DNA of 64,000 nucleotides from Escherichia phage momo: sequence record MN850580.1; one strand, 5' to 3'. Shown piece by piece: positions 46,679 to 55,338 of this stretch (position 1 is its first letter; each line of letters starts with the position of its first letter). The notes under the pieces were generated by a model. It saw only the letters and a program-made list of their open reading frames with translations, ran no database searches and was not told where the DNA came from. The position numbers and the translations under genes were made by a program.

Positions 46679-47245
46679 TTATAAGGTGATTGCATAGGTT
46701 TTTAAAAAAAAGCTCTTTAAATCCTCTTCTGCGATGTTTCCTGCCAGTGTATCCATGATGTCACAAAAAACCTGAATGCTGTCCGACTGTTGAACGCTTT
46801 TAGCAAGAAGCTCCAGAGACTCATCAAGATAGTTTAAATTTGGGTTATCCAATGAAGGAAGACAAAAAGGCGAAAACATCGCATTAAACTCGGTTACGTA
46901 AACCTTTTTAATCCAATTTAAATCGAAGTATTCTGTAAAACTTGCTACGCCAGACATATTATCACAAGAATAATCATCATTTAATTCGTCCTCTGGAATA
47001 TCAAGTTCCAAGATAACAATGTTTTGGGTTTTCATCTGGAAAGCTGCCGTGATAGTGGCATTTCCTAACGCCTGTTGAATACCTTCGGATACTATCTCTT
47101 CCTCATCGTCACCATAGATTTTATTTTCTGGGTATACGTAAAAATTGCCATCCATATCCGAACAATTCCATGCACCTGATGGCTTATCACCATTATTAAT
47201 CAGGTTGATAAAGTTTTCTTGAGTAGTACCGTGAAAGCATTTCAT
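46679..47245 (-). CDS. acidic hypothetical protein
   Basis: 188-aa ORF. Confidence 0.5.
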   Translation of the reverse strand: MKCFHGTTQENFINLINNGDKPSGAWNCSDMDGNFYVYPENKIYGDDEEEIVSEGIQQALGNATITAAFQMKTQNIVILELDIPEDELNDDYSCDNMSGVASFTEYFDLNWIKKVYVTEFNAMFSPFCLPSLDNPNLNYLDESLELLAKSVQQSDSIQVFCDIMDTLAGNIAEEDLKSFFLKTYAITL

Positions 47246-47331
47246 TTTTTGAATCTCCAGTTTAGGATTTAGTGGTAAAGCTCTTTATCTGGGGCTTACT
47301 TTATCGAACTATAAGCCCCTTGTAAAGTACT
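47246..47331 (-). repeat. type B upstream cassette (stem-loop GGGGCTTA-13 nt-TAAGCCCC + conserved RBS block)
   Basis: Copies at 48041, 50076, 50531; variants at 49110, 49715. Confidence 0.6.
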
Positions 47332-47535
47332 TTATTTGTTATTTTTGACAACTTTTAAGACTGCAAGATACCCTAAGCAATAAGAATCACCGAAGAGAGT
47401 CCTACCCATGAAAGAATCCTCTTTGATATCCTTTGTAGTGACAGTTTTTTCTACGCCGTGGGAAAGGACTATATCGCCAACTTTGATATCTTTGATGTGT
47501 GTAGTTTCAATGTTTAAGCCGTTAATAATAGCCAT
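47332..47535 (-). CDS. small hypothetical protein
   Basis: 67-aa ORF. Confidence 0.45.
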   Translation of the reverse strand: MAIINGLNIETTHIKDIKVGDIVLSHGVEKTVTTKDIKEDSFMGRTLFGDSYCLGYLAVLKVVKNNK

Positions 47536-47600
47536 TTTAGAATCTCCAGTTTAGGACTTTACTTAGTGGGGAAGGTCATTCCCTCCCCGTTGATGTGTAA
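47536..47600 (-). repeat. type A upstream cassette
   Basis: ggggaaggtcattccctcccc at 47568-47588. Confidence 0.6.
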
Positions 47601-47635
47601 TTTAATCTATCTAAAAACCGGTGTCAACAAAATTT

Positions 47636-48040
47636 TTAGAGTTCTGCATAAATTGCATCACAGACATCACGAAAATCGTGATTTGTCAAATTACGTTGTA
47701 ACCAAGTGGCAAAGAAATCAGCGATTGCAAAATTAGCGTCATACTCGACGGATAGCCATACTTTAACAGCAAATCGAAACATTTTTAAATCAAGCTCTTT
47801 ATTCATTATCTTTGATTTGCCTAACATGTCAGCCATTTCATATTGTGCGCCGTCTAGCGTGATACCTGATGCAACGTCAGCCAATGATTTTTTTACGTTT
47901 TCAACGTCTAAGATAACGCTTTGAATCTTCCCGATAATGTTGTGCAATGTCTCATCAGGCGCTGATGACGTGATAACATTAATCCGGTTAACGGTCAAAC
48001 GTGCTTTTAAGATTGATAATTCACGGTTATTAATAGCCAT
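47636..48040 (-). CDS. hypothetical protein
   Basis: 134-aa ORF. Confidence 0.5.
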   Translation of the reverse strand: MAINNRELSILKARLTVNRINVITSSAPDETLHNIIGKIQSVILDVENVKKSLADVASGITLDGAQYEMADMLGKSKIMNKELDLKMFRFAVKVWLSVEYDANFAIADFFATWLQRNLTNHDFRDVCDAIYAEL

Positions 48041-48126
48041 TTTTAAGTTCTCCAGTTTAGGATTTAGTGGTAAAGCTCTTTATCTGGGGCTTACTTTATC
48101 GAACTATAAGCCCCCTGTAAAGTACT
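48041..48126 (-). repeat. type B upstream cassette
   Basis: ggggcttactttatcgaactataagcccc at 48086-48114. Confidence 0.6.
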
Positions 48127-48399
48127 TTACACTAAATGCAGCTTTTTACCTTTTACTATGATGTAACTCGATGCGCTATTGCTTTGCACATCCTGATAAA
48201 TTCTGCGCAAACGGCCTTCGTAGTATACTTTCCAACTGGTTGGAATCTTTTTCCCGTATCCTGTAGCAGTTTTTTGTAGTCCTGCAAGTTGCCAATCTAA
48301 GATATGTTGTTCGGCTTGTAAATCTTCGAAGTGCATTACACCGTTCACATAGTGACGAATGGTTACGTTTAAGGTGCGACCGTTGTTAGTAGTGTACAT
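48127..48399 (-). CDS. small hypothetical protein
   Basis: 90-aa ORF. Confidence 0.45.
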   Translation of the reverse strand: MYTTNNGRTLNVTIRHYVNGVMHFEDLQAEQHILDWQLAGLQKTATGYGKKIPTSWKVYYEGRLRRIYQDVQSNSASSYIIVKGKKLHLV

Positions 48400-48460
48400 T
48401 TTGAATCTCCTAGTTTAAGGACTTTACTTAGTGGGGAGGTTATTACCTCCCGTTGATTAG
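48400..48460 (-). repeat. type A cassette, diverged copy
   Basis: ggggaggttattacctccc variant stem-loop. Confidence 0.5.
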
Positions 48461-48486
48461 TAATTTACTTGTTTTAAAAACCAAAA

Positions 48487-48819
48487 TCAAGAGGAATTTT
48501 TTCGTTTGCTCAATTCTTGAACAATTACAGCGTAGTAGTCTTTTAAGTCACTGACATTTAAAGCATTTATCAGAGAATTATAATCATCGACTAACTGAAA
48601 ATCATCTTTGAAAATGTCGCTGATTTGATAAGTTTTTGATTGAAATCTGAAGCTCATTTCTAACCGTTTTATTTGTTCATCACTTAAACGCTCCAGAAAG
48701 CTCATTACAAGGCTATTATTGACCTGTTGCGTGATTGCCTTATTTGCTAGATTATAGGCTTTATATGCCTTATATAGCGCGAAAATGGCAAGGATTGCGG
48801 TGATGCCAGTCATTAACAT
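48487..48819 (-). CDS. small membrane-anchored protein
   Basis: N-terminal hydrophobic helix MLMTGITAILAIFALY. Confidence 0.45.
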   Translation of the reverse strand: MLMTGITAILAIFALYKAYKAYNLANKAITQQVNNSLVMSFLERLSDEQIKRLEMSFRFQSKTYQISDIFKDDFQLVDDYNSLINALNVSDLKDYYAVIVQELSKRKNSS

Positions 48820-49109
48820 GGTGTTTCCTCTTTACGTGATACTTTGCCATTTACAGTTATCTCATAGGATTCTAATAAGTCACTTTTAGACTTTACTGGA
48901 CTTTTAAAAGTATCATCATAAATATTTACTTGCAATACAGGTTTTTTATACTCCCTGCAACTATTCCATAAGCAAATCACTACGCGACGGCCTTTTATTT
49001 TGCCGTGCAACCATTCCATAACATCATGATTATTTCTTGATGTCTCGATAAAATCAATTTTGTTGAGTAATTTGCTCAGATTTTCACGCACTTGATTTGA
49101 TAATTTCAT
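48813..49109 (-). CDS. small hypothetical protein
   Basis: 98-aa ORF. Confidence 0.45.
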   Translation of the reverse strand: MKLSNQVRENLSKLLNKIDFIETSRNNHDVMEWLHGKIKGRRVVICLWNSCREYKKPVLQVNIYDDTFKSPVKSKSDLLESYEITVNGKVSRKEETPC

Positions 49110-49201
49110 TTTAGAATCTCCTAGTTTAAGGGCTTTATTTGATAAATCTCTTTATCTGGGGCTATCTTACCAGCTTGATAACCCCGTGTAAAGAAATCTA
49201 T
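49110..49201 (-). repeat. type B cassette, diverged copy
   Basis: tatctggggctatcttaccagcttgataacccc variant. Confidence 0.5.
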
Positions 49202-49714
49202 TTAGTTCTTAAAGATATTCATCACTGAGTCTTTCAACGATTCCAAACGTTCTAATACTTCAGTTTCTGCGTCTGAATTGTTCACCTCTTCTTTTAGTCT
49301 ATCTTCTAAATCCTCACCGTCACTATAGCACCAATCGAAAGCGTAACCAATATAAAAGCTGTCTAAAACCGTTTTACCGTTTGCATCTACAACTTTCGCG
49401 GCAATGTTATACTCTGAAGCTTCTAAATCTCTTTCTAGTTCTTTTTGTAAGCTGATGTAAGCCTCTTTTGATGGATTTTCCCGGCCTTGTTTTGCATAGT
49501 CACTTGAAAGCTGTTTAAGGCTGTAATGCAAAGGGATTGCATATTTAAATGCATTATGCTGATAGTTAGGATTTTTAACAGTCACGCCGCCTTGATGGTC
49601 ATCTGTAAACTTCCAATTATCAAGGTTATGGCTTGCTTCGTAGCAATTTACCGCTTCATAGATAATGGTGAATTTTTCTTTTACAACTTCAAAAGTAGCG
49701 TCTACAGTTTTCAT
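49202..49714 (-). CDS. hypothetical protein
   Basis: 170-aa ORF. Confidence 0.5.
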   Translation of the reverse strand: MKTVDATFEVVKEKFTIIYEAVNCYEASHNLDNWKFTDDHQGGVTVKNPNYQHNAFKYAIPLHYSLKQLSSDYAKQGRENPSKEAYISLQKELERDLEASEYNIAAKVVDANGKTVLDSFYIGYAFDWCYSDGEDLEDRLKEEVNNSDAETEVLERLESLKDSVMNIFKN

Positions 49715-49802
49715 TTTTGAATCTCCAGTTTAGGATTTAGTGGTAAAGCTCTTTATCTGGGGCTTAAGATATCAACTTTTAAGCCCCTTGTAAAGTACTT
49801 TA
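49715..49802 (-). repeat. type B cassette, diverged copy
   Basis: ggggcttaagatatcaacttttaagcccc. Confidence 0.55.
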
Positions 49803-50075
49803 TCAGATTAAATTGCCAGTTAATGATAAGTGCATTTTATAGCCTTTTTTGGTAAAGACGTTCACTTTACCGAGTGATTTTACACCTTTAAAAAGGTTGT
49901 TTGAACTGCGTTTTAAGGTTAGTTGTTTATCAGCCTTTACTCCCCATCTTACAGCGGATTGTTTTCCGTTGTCAACCACTTTCCCGCATAACTTTTTAGC
50001 CATAACGCGAGCGTCATCACGAGTTTTTGCAGCAATTACAACGTTTTTGATAATAGCCATTTTTAAGTTCTCCAA
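49803..50075 (-). CDS. small basic hypothetical protein
   Basis: 90-aa ORF. Confidence 0.45.
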   Translation of the reverse strand: MENLKMAIIKNVVIAAKTRDDARVMAKKLCGKVVDNGKQSAVRWGVKADKQLTLKRSSNNLFKGVKSLGKVNVFTKKGYKMHLSLTGNLI

Positions 50076-50149
50076 TTTAGGATTTAGTGGTAAAGCTCTT
50101 TATCTGGGGCTTACTTTATCGAACTATAAGCCCCTTGTAAAGTACTTTA
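50076..50149 (-). repeat. type B upstream cassette
   Basis: Identical stem-loop copy. Confidence 0.6.
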
Positions 50150-50530
50150 TCAGTTAATTTTGAAAATTGTCACATAGCCGTCACTGCCGATTATTTGAGA
50201 CACTCCAGCTTTTTCCACTGAATAGTCCATATTTTCAAGATGATAAACAGCATCATCATAACCATATGCGCCACCCTGATAACGTCTCTTATCGCATCTT
50301 ATCAGGTTTTTACCACGTCCTGCAAGTGCATTCAGTACAGCTTTTTCACTTGATAGCGTACCATCTAACATGGTTGCCGTGTAATGGTTGATTTTATTCC
50401 CGTTAATATCATACTTAAAATTGAATGCGTGAATAACAATCAATTTGCCGTTAAATTTTTCATCAAGTGACTTCTCCAGTGCGTTGCGGAAGTTGTCTTT
50501 GTTGATGAATTTCGGTGCACGATAAGCCAT
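50150..50530 (-). CDS. hypothetical protein
   Basis: 126-aa ORF. Confidence 0.5.
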   Translation of the reverse strand: MAYRAPKFINKDNFRNALEKSLDEKFNGKLIVIHAFNFKYDINGNKINHYTATMLDGTLSSEKAVLNALAGRGKNLIRCDKRRYQGGAYGYDDAVYHLENMDYSVEKAGVSQIIGSDGYVTIFKIN

Positions 50531-50618
50531 TTTTGAATCTCCTAGTTTAAGGTTAATGTAGTAAAGCTCTTTATCTGGGGCTTACTTTATCGAACTATAA
50601 GCCCCTTGTAAAGTACTT
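50531..50618 (-). repeat. type B upstream cassette
   Basis: Identical stem-loop copy. Confidence 0.6.
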
Positions 50619-50840
50619 TTATCTATCGTAATAGTAAACCGCTGTCTGTTTTATATGTCGCTTTGTATTCTTCGTAAGGTAGCAATTAGAGTTGATTGCC
50701 GTTTCTACATAGTTGCAATAATCAGCTTCTGATATTCTACGCCATGCGCCGCACACTTGCATGTAAAAACGTTTTACCTTTGTATTAACGTTGGTTGTAA
50801 CCATCAATTCACGGCTGTAAATCATTATTTCGCGCTCCAT
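50619..50840 (-). CDS. small hypothetical protein
   Basis: 73-aa ORF. Confidence 0.4.
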   Translation of the reverse strand: MEREIMIYSRELMVTTNVNTKVKRFYMQVCGAWRRISEADYCNYVETAINSNCYLTKNTKRHIKQTAVYYYDR

Positions 50841-51013
50841 TTCTCAAAGAGTTCAGCAGGGAAACGTTCGCTATAACCTTTTAAGGAAAAAGTGTTATCT
50901 TTGTGGATAGCTTCCACCTGATAAACCTTATAAGAACGTATAGTTAGCATTTTGTAAGAGTATTCGTGCTTAATGTTAACCTCATCGCCAACTTTAATTT
51001 TTCTTGATGCCAT
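50825..51013 (-). CDS. small hypothetical protein
   Basis: 62-aa ORF preceded by conserved RBS block. Confidence 0.4.
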   Translation of the reverse strand: MASRKIKVGDEVNIKHEYSYKMLTIRSYKVYQVEAIHKDNTFSLKGYSERFPAELFEKWSAK

Positions 51014-51039
51014 TTCTTAGATTCTCCAGTTTAGGAAGT

Positions 51040-51500
51040 GGGCTTGATTGCCCGTCTGATGCAGATATTAGATAACCATACTCAAAGAGTCAATAGGAAT
51101 TTTAAAAATATTTTTTTTTTTTTTGCAAAGATTGTAATGAAACGGGTGCGCGCGACTACCATAAAACAGAACTACAATCAAGAATTATTTTTCAATCCGC
51201 TACAAATTTTTCTGTTGACTTTTATTTCCAGATGTGGTAGCCTTGTGAGAAATGGCGACATCCCCACCTGCACCCACCTACCTGCACAATTCTAAAATGA
51301 TTTTTCTTGCCCGACCTGATTTTTCTCTGCACGTTTTGAAAATGAAAAAGCTCTTTGGAGATTACCTGCACAGTTTGAAAATGAATTTTCCCTTTGGAGT
51401 TCAAAATTTTCTCTACAGATTTCTCTACAGAACTCTACCTGCACAATCCTGAAATGAAAAAGCCCCCCTTACCTGAAAAATTTACCAGATAAGAAAGGCT
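51040..51500. repeat. non-coding region with T15 homopolymer (51104-51120) and four or five CTGCACRNTYYKAAAATGA direct repeats (51266-51465)
   Basis: Read directly; no credible CDS. Confidence 0.55.
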
Positions 51501-51530
51501 TAGTCTATTGTGAATACTATACAGAATTTC

Positions 51531-52316
51531 TTAGTTCTTTGCGTCTAAGAAGGTTACTTCCGGTGAAGAGAAAACCGTCTCGATATCCTCATCATTTCTT
51601 GCATAGATGTAAGCATCTGCATCACTGCCAAATGTTACTGCAATTCTGTGATTGCTCTTCGACAGGTGGGTAACTAGAGCGTTACTTAGAGACATCTTCT
51701 CAACCGGAGGGTTACTTTGATGTATCTTACCTTTTCTTCGTCTGAAGAGGGTAACTGTATCATCTGTGAACATTACTACACCTGCAAAGTATTCTGGTTC
51801 ACAGTAGTTATTCCAACCTGAGCGTAACTTGTGGTACATCTCTCCTTCGTAGACATACAGATAAACATCTACACTCTTCATCACCTGATTAATGATAACT
51901 GTGACGGCTTGAGGGTCTAGCCCACCGATACCTGCACCAATCATAGGTAGACCAACTTTCTTCAACTGATTGACTTCACAGTATCTGTTAAGCTGTTTCA
52001 AAGATGATTCTAAAGCACTGTATCGGGCATCTTTACCAGTCTTAAGCTGAGTGTAAAGGTTAGCTATTCGACCTTGTTTTAAACGTGCTACAGAGAAATT
52101 ACCCAGTAAATTTTCACAGGGTTTGTGTCCTATACCACCTGCATATAGATAAACTTCTGTATCGGTCTCATATGCTTTTGGGTAAAGTTTAGAAATCTTG
52201 TCAGCGATACCTGCACCCATTAAATTCATACAGTTGCAACCGTGACCGATGATGTCAAACTTACCTTTATCAAATGCGGCAAAGATATCACCATTGATTA
52301 TTTTTACAATACCCAT
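51531..52316 (-). CDS. macro-domain (ADP-ribose binding/processing) protein with C-terminal extension
   Basis: INGDIF...IIGHGCNCMNLMGAGIA and GLPMIGAGIGGLD resemble macro-domain Gly-rich ADP-ribose-binding loops. Confidence 0.55.
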   Translation of the reverse strand: MGIVKIINGDIFAAFDKGKFDIIGHGCNCMNLMGAGIADKISKLYPKAYETDTEVYLYAGGIGHKPCENLLGNFSVARLKQGRIANLYTQLKTGKDARYSALESSLKQLNRYCEVNQLKKVGLPMIGAGIGGLDPQAVTVIINQVMKSVDVYLYVYEGEMYHKLRSGWNNYCEPEYFAGVVMFTDDTVTLFRRRKGKIHQSNPPVEKMSLSNALVTHLSKSNHRIAVTFGSDADAYIYARNDEDIETVFSSPEVTFLDAKN

Positions 52317-52517
52317 TTAACATCTCTCCCAAGATTCTTTATCTTCTGAAGGTTTTACACGTTGTCCTTCGTGGTCTACCCAGATACATCCACAACCTTC
52401 ACAGATTACTGGCATTGCATAGCCAGCTTTAAAGTCATCTTCAGTGATAAGACCTTTTAAGTCACCTGTATCACGTCCGAACATTTCGATAGAACAGTCT
52501 TTGCAGAAGTCAGCCAT
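52317..52517 (-). CDS. small zinc-ribbon protein
   Basis: CKDC ... CEGCGC; start taken at ATG 52517 with AGAGG RBS (track ORF extends to 52607). Confidence 0.45.
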   Translation of the reverse strand: MADFCKDCSIEMFGRDTGDLKGLITEDDFKAGYAMPVICEGCGCIWVDHEGQRVKPSEDKESWERC

Positions 52518-52737
52518 GAATAATTGCCTCTTGAATGATGATGCCTTTACCACAACGACTTTTAAAGTCTTCCAACGGTTGGGAGATGAAGCCGCGCAAG
52601 CAATCACTAAATACTAAGTTTTTCCTGTAAGCTATCACAAAGTTTGTTGTAAACGGGATGACTTCATTTCTTCCAATGAATACTGCTGACCGGATGAGTT
52701 TCCGTGTCTTTTTATCTCTGGCTAGAATTACTCTCAT
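52510..52737 (-). CDS. small hypothetical protein
   Basis: 75-aa ORF overlapping both neighbours by a few codons. Confidence 0.3.
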   Translation of the reverse strand: MRVILARDKKTRKLIRSAVFIGRNEVIPFTTNFVIAYRKNLVFSDCLRGFISQPLEDFKSRCGKGIIIQEAIIHG

Positions 52738-53077
52738 AATTTACCTTCTCAGTTAGCTCATATAAATCAACATGCTCAATACTATCAATGTTGATATCAA
52801 TCTTTTTGAAACGTTCCATCACTTCATTGTCAGTCATCCATATCAGACACCAATGATTGTGGATGGATTCTTCAAGAAGGTCAACACAATCTTTAAAAGT
52901 TTTTGTATCACTTCTTGTTCCTACTACTGCGATTGTTCCATATAGCCACTTACCATTGCCATAGGTTACCTGTGCTACACCAACTTCTTTATCGTTCTCG
53001 TAGTAAACGGCTACAAAGTCTCTTCCATTAATCTGCATTTGTAAGTTCCTCTGTTGGTAATTCACCATTTTCAGCAA
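52712..53077 (-). CDS. hypothetical protein
   Basis: 121-aa ORF. Confidence 0.45.
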   Translation of the reverse strand: MLKMVNYQQRNLQMQINGRDFVAVYYENDKEVGVAQVTYGNGKWLYGTIAVVGTRSDTKTFKDCVDLLEESIHNHWCLIWMTDNEVMERFKKIDINIDSIEHVDLYELTEKVNYESNSSQR

Positions 53078-53342
53078 AGTATTGAAGGTACGGCAACAGT
53101 TCTTTTACCTGTTCTTGATTGAGTTTCATTCTTTGGTTACCTACAAAATCTTTGCCTACTAATGCTGGGATATCAAGTGTTTTCCAGCCACCATCTAGGT
53201 ACTGAACAGAGACCTCTTTAGCACCTAACCAGATACATGGTTCATATGATGAACTCTCTTGTAAAGTACAAATTTCCCCTTTAGCATCTTTAAATTCTGC
53301 ATAAGAAAATCCACGATTTGTTGGCTGGAATTGCATAATCAT
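53028..53342 (-). CDS. hypothetical protein
   Basis: 104-aa ORF. Confidence 0.4.
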   Translation of the reverse strand: MIMQFQPTNRGFSYAEFKDAKGEICTLQESSSYEPCIWLGAKEVSVQYLDGGWKTLDIPALVGKDFVGNQRMKLNQEQVKELLPYLQYFAENGELPTEELTNAD

Positions 53343-53608
53343 TTCCTCGTTTTAAGAACTGCTAAGATTTCTTTAGAGTCTGGTAAGAACCATGTGTAGT
53401 GATTCTCTTTGATTTCTGGATGAGTGTCAACCTTTATTTTGCACTCTTTACCAACATGCTTAAGCTGTGCTGTGACACCTTGCATAAAGATATGACACAT
53501 CACGTTGTCCATAATGGTTGGTGAGAAATCAACACGCATATAAGTTTCTTTTGGTCGTGGTAGTAGTAAGTACCCTTCTACATAGAAAGTGTCTTCATTC
53601 TCTGTCAT
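53339..53608 (-). CDS. hypothetical protein
   Basis: 89-aa ORF. Confidence 0.45.
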   Translation of the reverse strand: MTENEDTFYVEGYLLLPRPKETYMRVDFSPTIMDNVMCHIFMQGVTAQLKHVGKECKIKVDTHPEIKENHYTWFLPDSKEILAVLKTRK

Positions 53609-53874
53609 TGCTGTTTGTTTCCTAATAAAATCATATCAATAAGGTTATTAGCTTTGATTGTGCACTGGTAAAAACCATCACGATAAAACTCAAGGGCTGC
53701 TGCCACATTACTACCAGTATTACCTTTGACAGTGAATCTTGACTCTTCTTGAGTGTACTTGTCACTCTCACTTACTTGGGAGTTTTTGAATGTACTGTTC
53801 ACTTTGTTCGTTGAACACCCTGACATAATTATCAGTAACACAAACATTATAAAACTCTGGCTTAGTCTTTTCAT
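53605..53874 (-). CDS. outer-membrane lipoprotein, o-spanin candidate
   Basis: Signal peptide with lipobox IMSGC; start lies inside the i-spanin-like gene in another frame. Confidence 0.45.
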   Translation of the reverse strand: MKRLSQSFIMFVLLIIMSGCSTNKVNSTFKNSQVSESDKYTQEESRFTVKGNTGSNVAAALEFYRDGFYQCTIKANNLIDMILLGNKQQ

Positions 53875-54115
53875 ATGTTAGTACCTCTTTTGTGTGCTTA
53901 TTCTTAGCAAGCACGTCTTTCAAATCATTTTTGTAATTGGTGCTGAGTGTGGCTAAACCTTCCTGATAAGCATCTTTAGCAACACTTATTAGTTTCTCAT
54001 TATTTAGCTCAGCTTCAGCAACTTGGTAGTCTCTGTAAGAGTATCCTCCCCAGACACCTGCCCCAACTAAGAAAACAATTATGAAAGTAGCTTGACAGAA
54101 CTCTTTAAATGTCAT
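53768..54115 (-). CDS. i-spanin candidate (N-terminal TM + periplasmic coiled coil)
   Basis: ATFIIVFLVGAGVWGGY helix then charged helical region; overlaps lipoprotein gene. Confidence 0.45.
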   Translation of the reverse strand: MTFKEFCQATFIIVFLVGAGVWGGYSYRDYQVAEAELNNEKLISVAKDAYQEGLATLSTNYKNDLKDVLAKNKHTKEVLTYEKTKPEFYNVCVTDNYVRVFNEQSEQYIQKLPSK

Positions 54116-54132
54116 TTAACAATCTCCTGAAA

Positions 54133-54157
54133 TGAAAAAGGCTCCAGAAGGAGCCTG
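54133..54157 (-). terminator. rho-independent terminator
   Basis: aggctcc-agaa-ggagcct followed by T-run on minus strand. Confidence 0.6.
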
Positions 54158-54167
54158 TATCTTAACC

Positions 54168-54632
54168 TTAACCGAGGACTTTAGCAAGGACATTTGCAGC
54201 CATCGAAGAAGCTTTTGCAGCAGCAGCTACCCCAGCTTTGACAGTGCTATCCTTGATAGCAGATACCGTTGCAGCATCAGTAAAGAGATAAGTAGTTGTT
54301 TTAGAACCACTTGTAAAGGAAAGCATGAGAGCAGTTTCCAGATTGAAAGAGCGATACGGAGCACCTTCTTTAACGATACCTTCAGCACCTAATTCTGAAG
54401 CCATCCCCATATCATAGATAGTCATCAGGTTTTCTTTGTGTGCAGTCGTTGAACCAGCACCTTTGACGTGTTTCTTAACATTTAAAAGAGCACGATACTC
54501 CCGAATGTTACCGTCTGCTTTTACATTGACAGCACGGAAGATTTTACCCTCAAAGTTGCTCTTGATAATGTTACGAACTACTTCAGATTTGTTTGCTGTA
54601 ACGTCCAGTGCTACCGTGATAATGTTGTTCAT
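54168..54632 (-). CDS. hypothetical protein (Ala/Ser/Thr-rich, terminator-flanked)
   Basis: 154-aa ORF. Confidence 0.5.
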   Translation of the reverse strand: MNNIITVALDVTANKSEVVRNIIKSNFEGKIFRAVNVKADGNIREYRALLNVKKHVKGAGSTTAHKENLMTIYDMGMASELGAEGIVKEGAPYRSFNLETALMLSFTSGSKTTTYLFTDAATVSAIKDSTVKAGVAAAAKASSMAANVLAKVLG

Positions 54633-54642
54633 AAGTTTTCTC

Positions 54643-55338
54643 TCAATGTTTAACTAACATGGTTTTGATGTGTGGAAGGATTCTGTTCACCTTCTGCACA
54701 TTCTTCTCTGTATCTTCTATAAAACATACTATATTAAAGTAAGGTAGAATGCAAGACTGAATCATCCTCACTTTCAAACTTTCTGCACTTATAGAGTTAG
54801 TCCCAAAACCACGCATAAAAAGCATGTAGTCATGCTCTGTGTTATGCCTTAAAAACATCTCAGTAGGTATTCTCTGAGATTCGCCTCTCGCTGTCAAGAG
54901 TCCAACGGCAGCATGATTAGCAATTGCATCAATGATATTGAAAACATACGTTGGTTTTGCTCTTACAGAGTCAAGAAGATTAGTGTACTGTGAAAATGAA
55001 CCATCAGTCAGTTCCGTTGAACAATCTTCGTGATTAAAATTTGTAAGAACACCATCAATATCTGCTAAGATGAGATTCCCTTTTTCTATAAGGTCTTTAT
55101 TGACTATGACTAAACTATCACGTTTTACACCTATGGATTGTCCAGTCTTTTTGTCCACAACGTTCACAATTGGTTCTGATGTGTGGAACTCTTCAAGTGA
55201 ACATACAACTTCTCTTGCGGTGTCTTCAAAATCCCTGCACTGTTCTGGAGTCCATACACAGGAGTCAAGACCTAACTCATGAGGATGTAAGTCATAAGCG
55301 TGGCACAATACTTCATCAGACTTTCTTAATTTTTTCAT
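54643..55338 (-). CDS. HAD-superfamily phosphatase with N-terminal extension
   Basis: LILADIDGVLTNF (DxDG motif I) with downstream hydrophobic/acidic motifs. Confidence 0.5.
   Translation of the reverse strand: MKKLRKSDEVLCHAYDLHPHELGLDSCVWTPEQCRDFEDTAREVVCSLEEFHTSEPIVNVVDKKTGQSIGVKRDSLVIVNKDLIEKGNLILADIDGVLTNFNHEDCSTELTDGSFSQYTNLLDSVRAKPTYVFNIIDAIANHAAVGLLTARGESQRIPTEMFLRHNTEHDYMLFMRGFGTNSISAESLKVRMIQSCILPYFNIVCFIEDTEKNVQKVNRILPHIKTMLVKH

Noticed and set aside
45141-50618. Possible CRISPR array suggested by regularly recurring repeats
   Set aside because: Repeats are 60-90 bp, fall into two families, and each directly precedes a start codon with an RBS; intervening sequences are 200-570 bp ORFs, not uniform short spacers.
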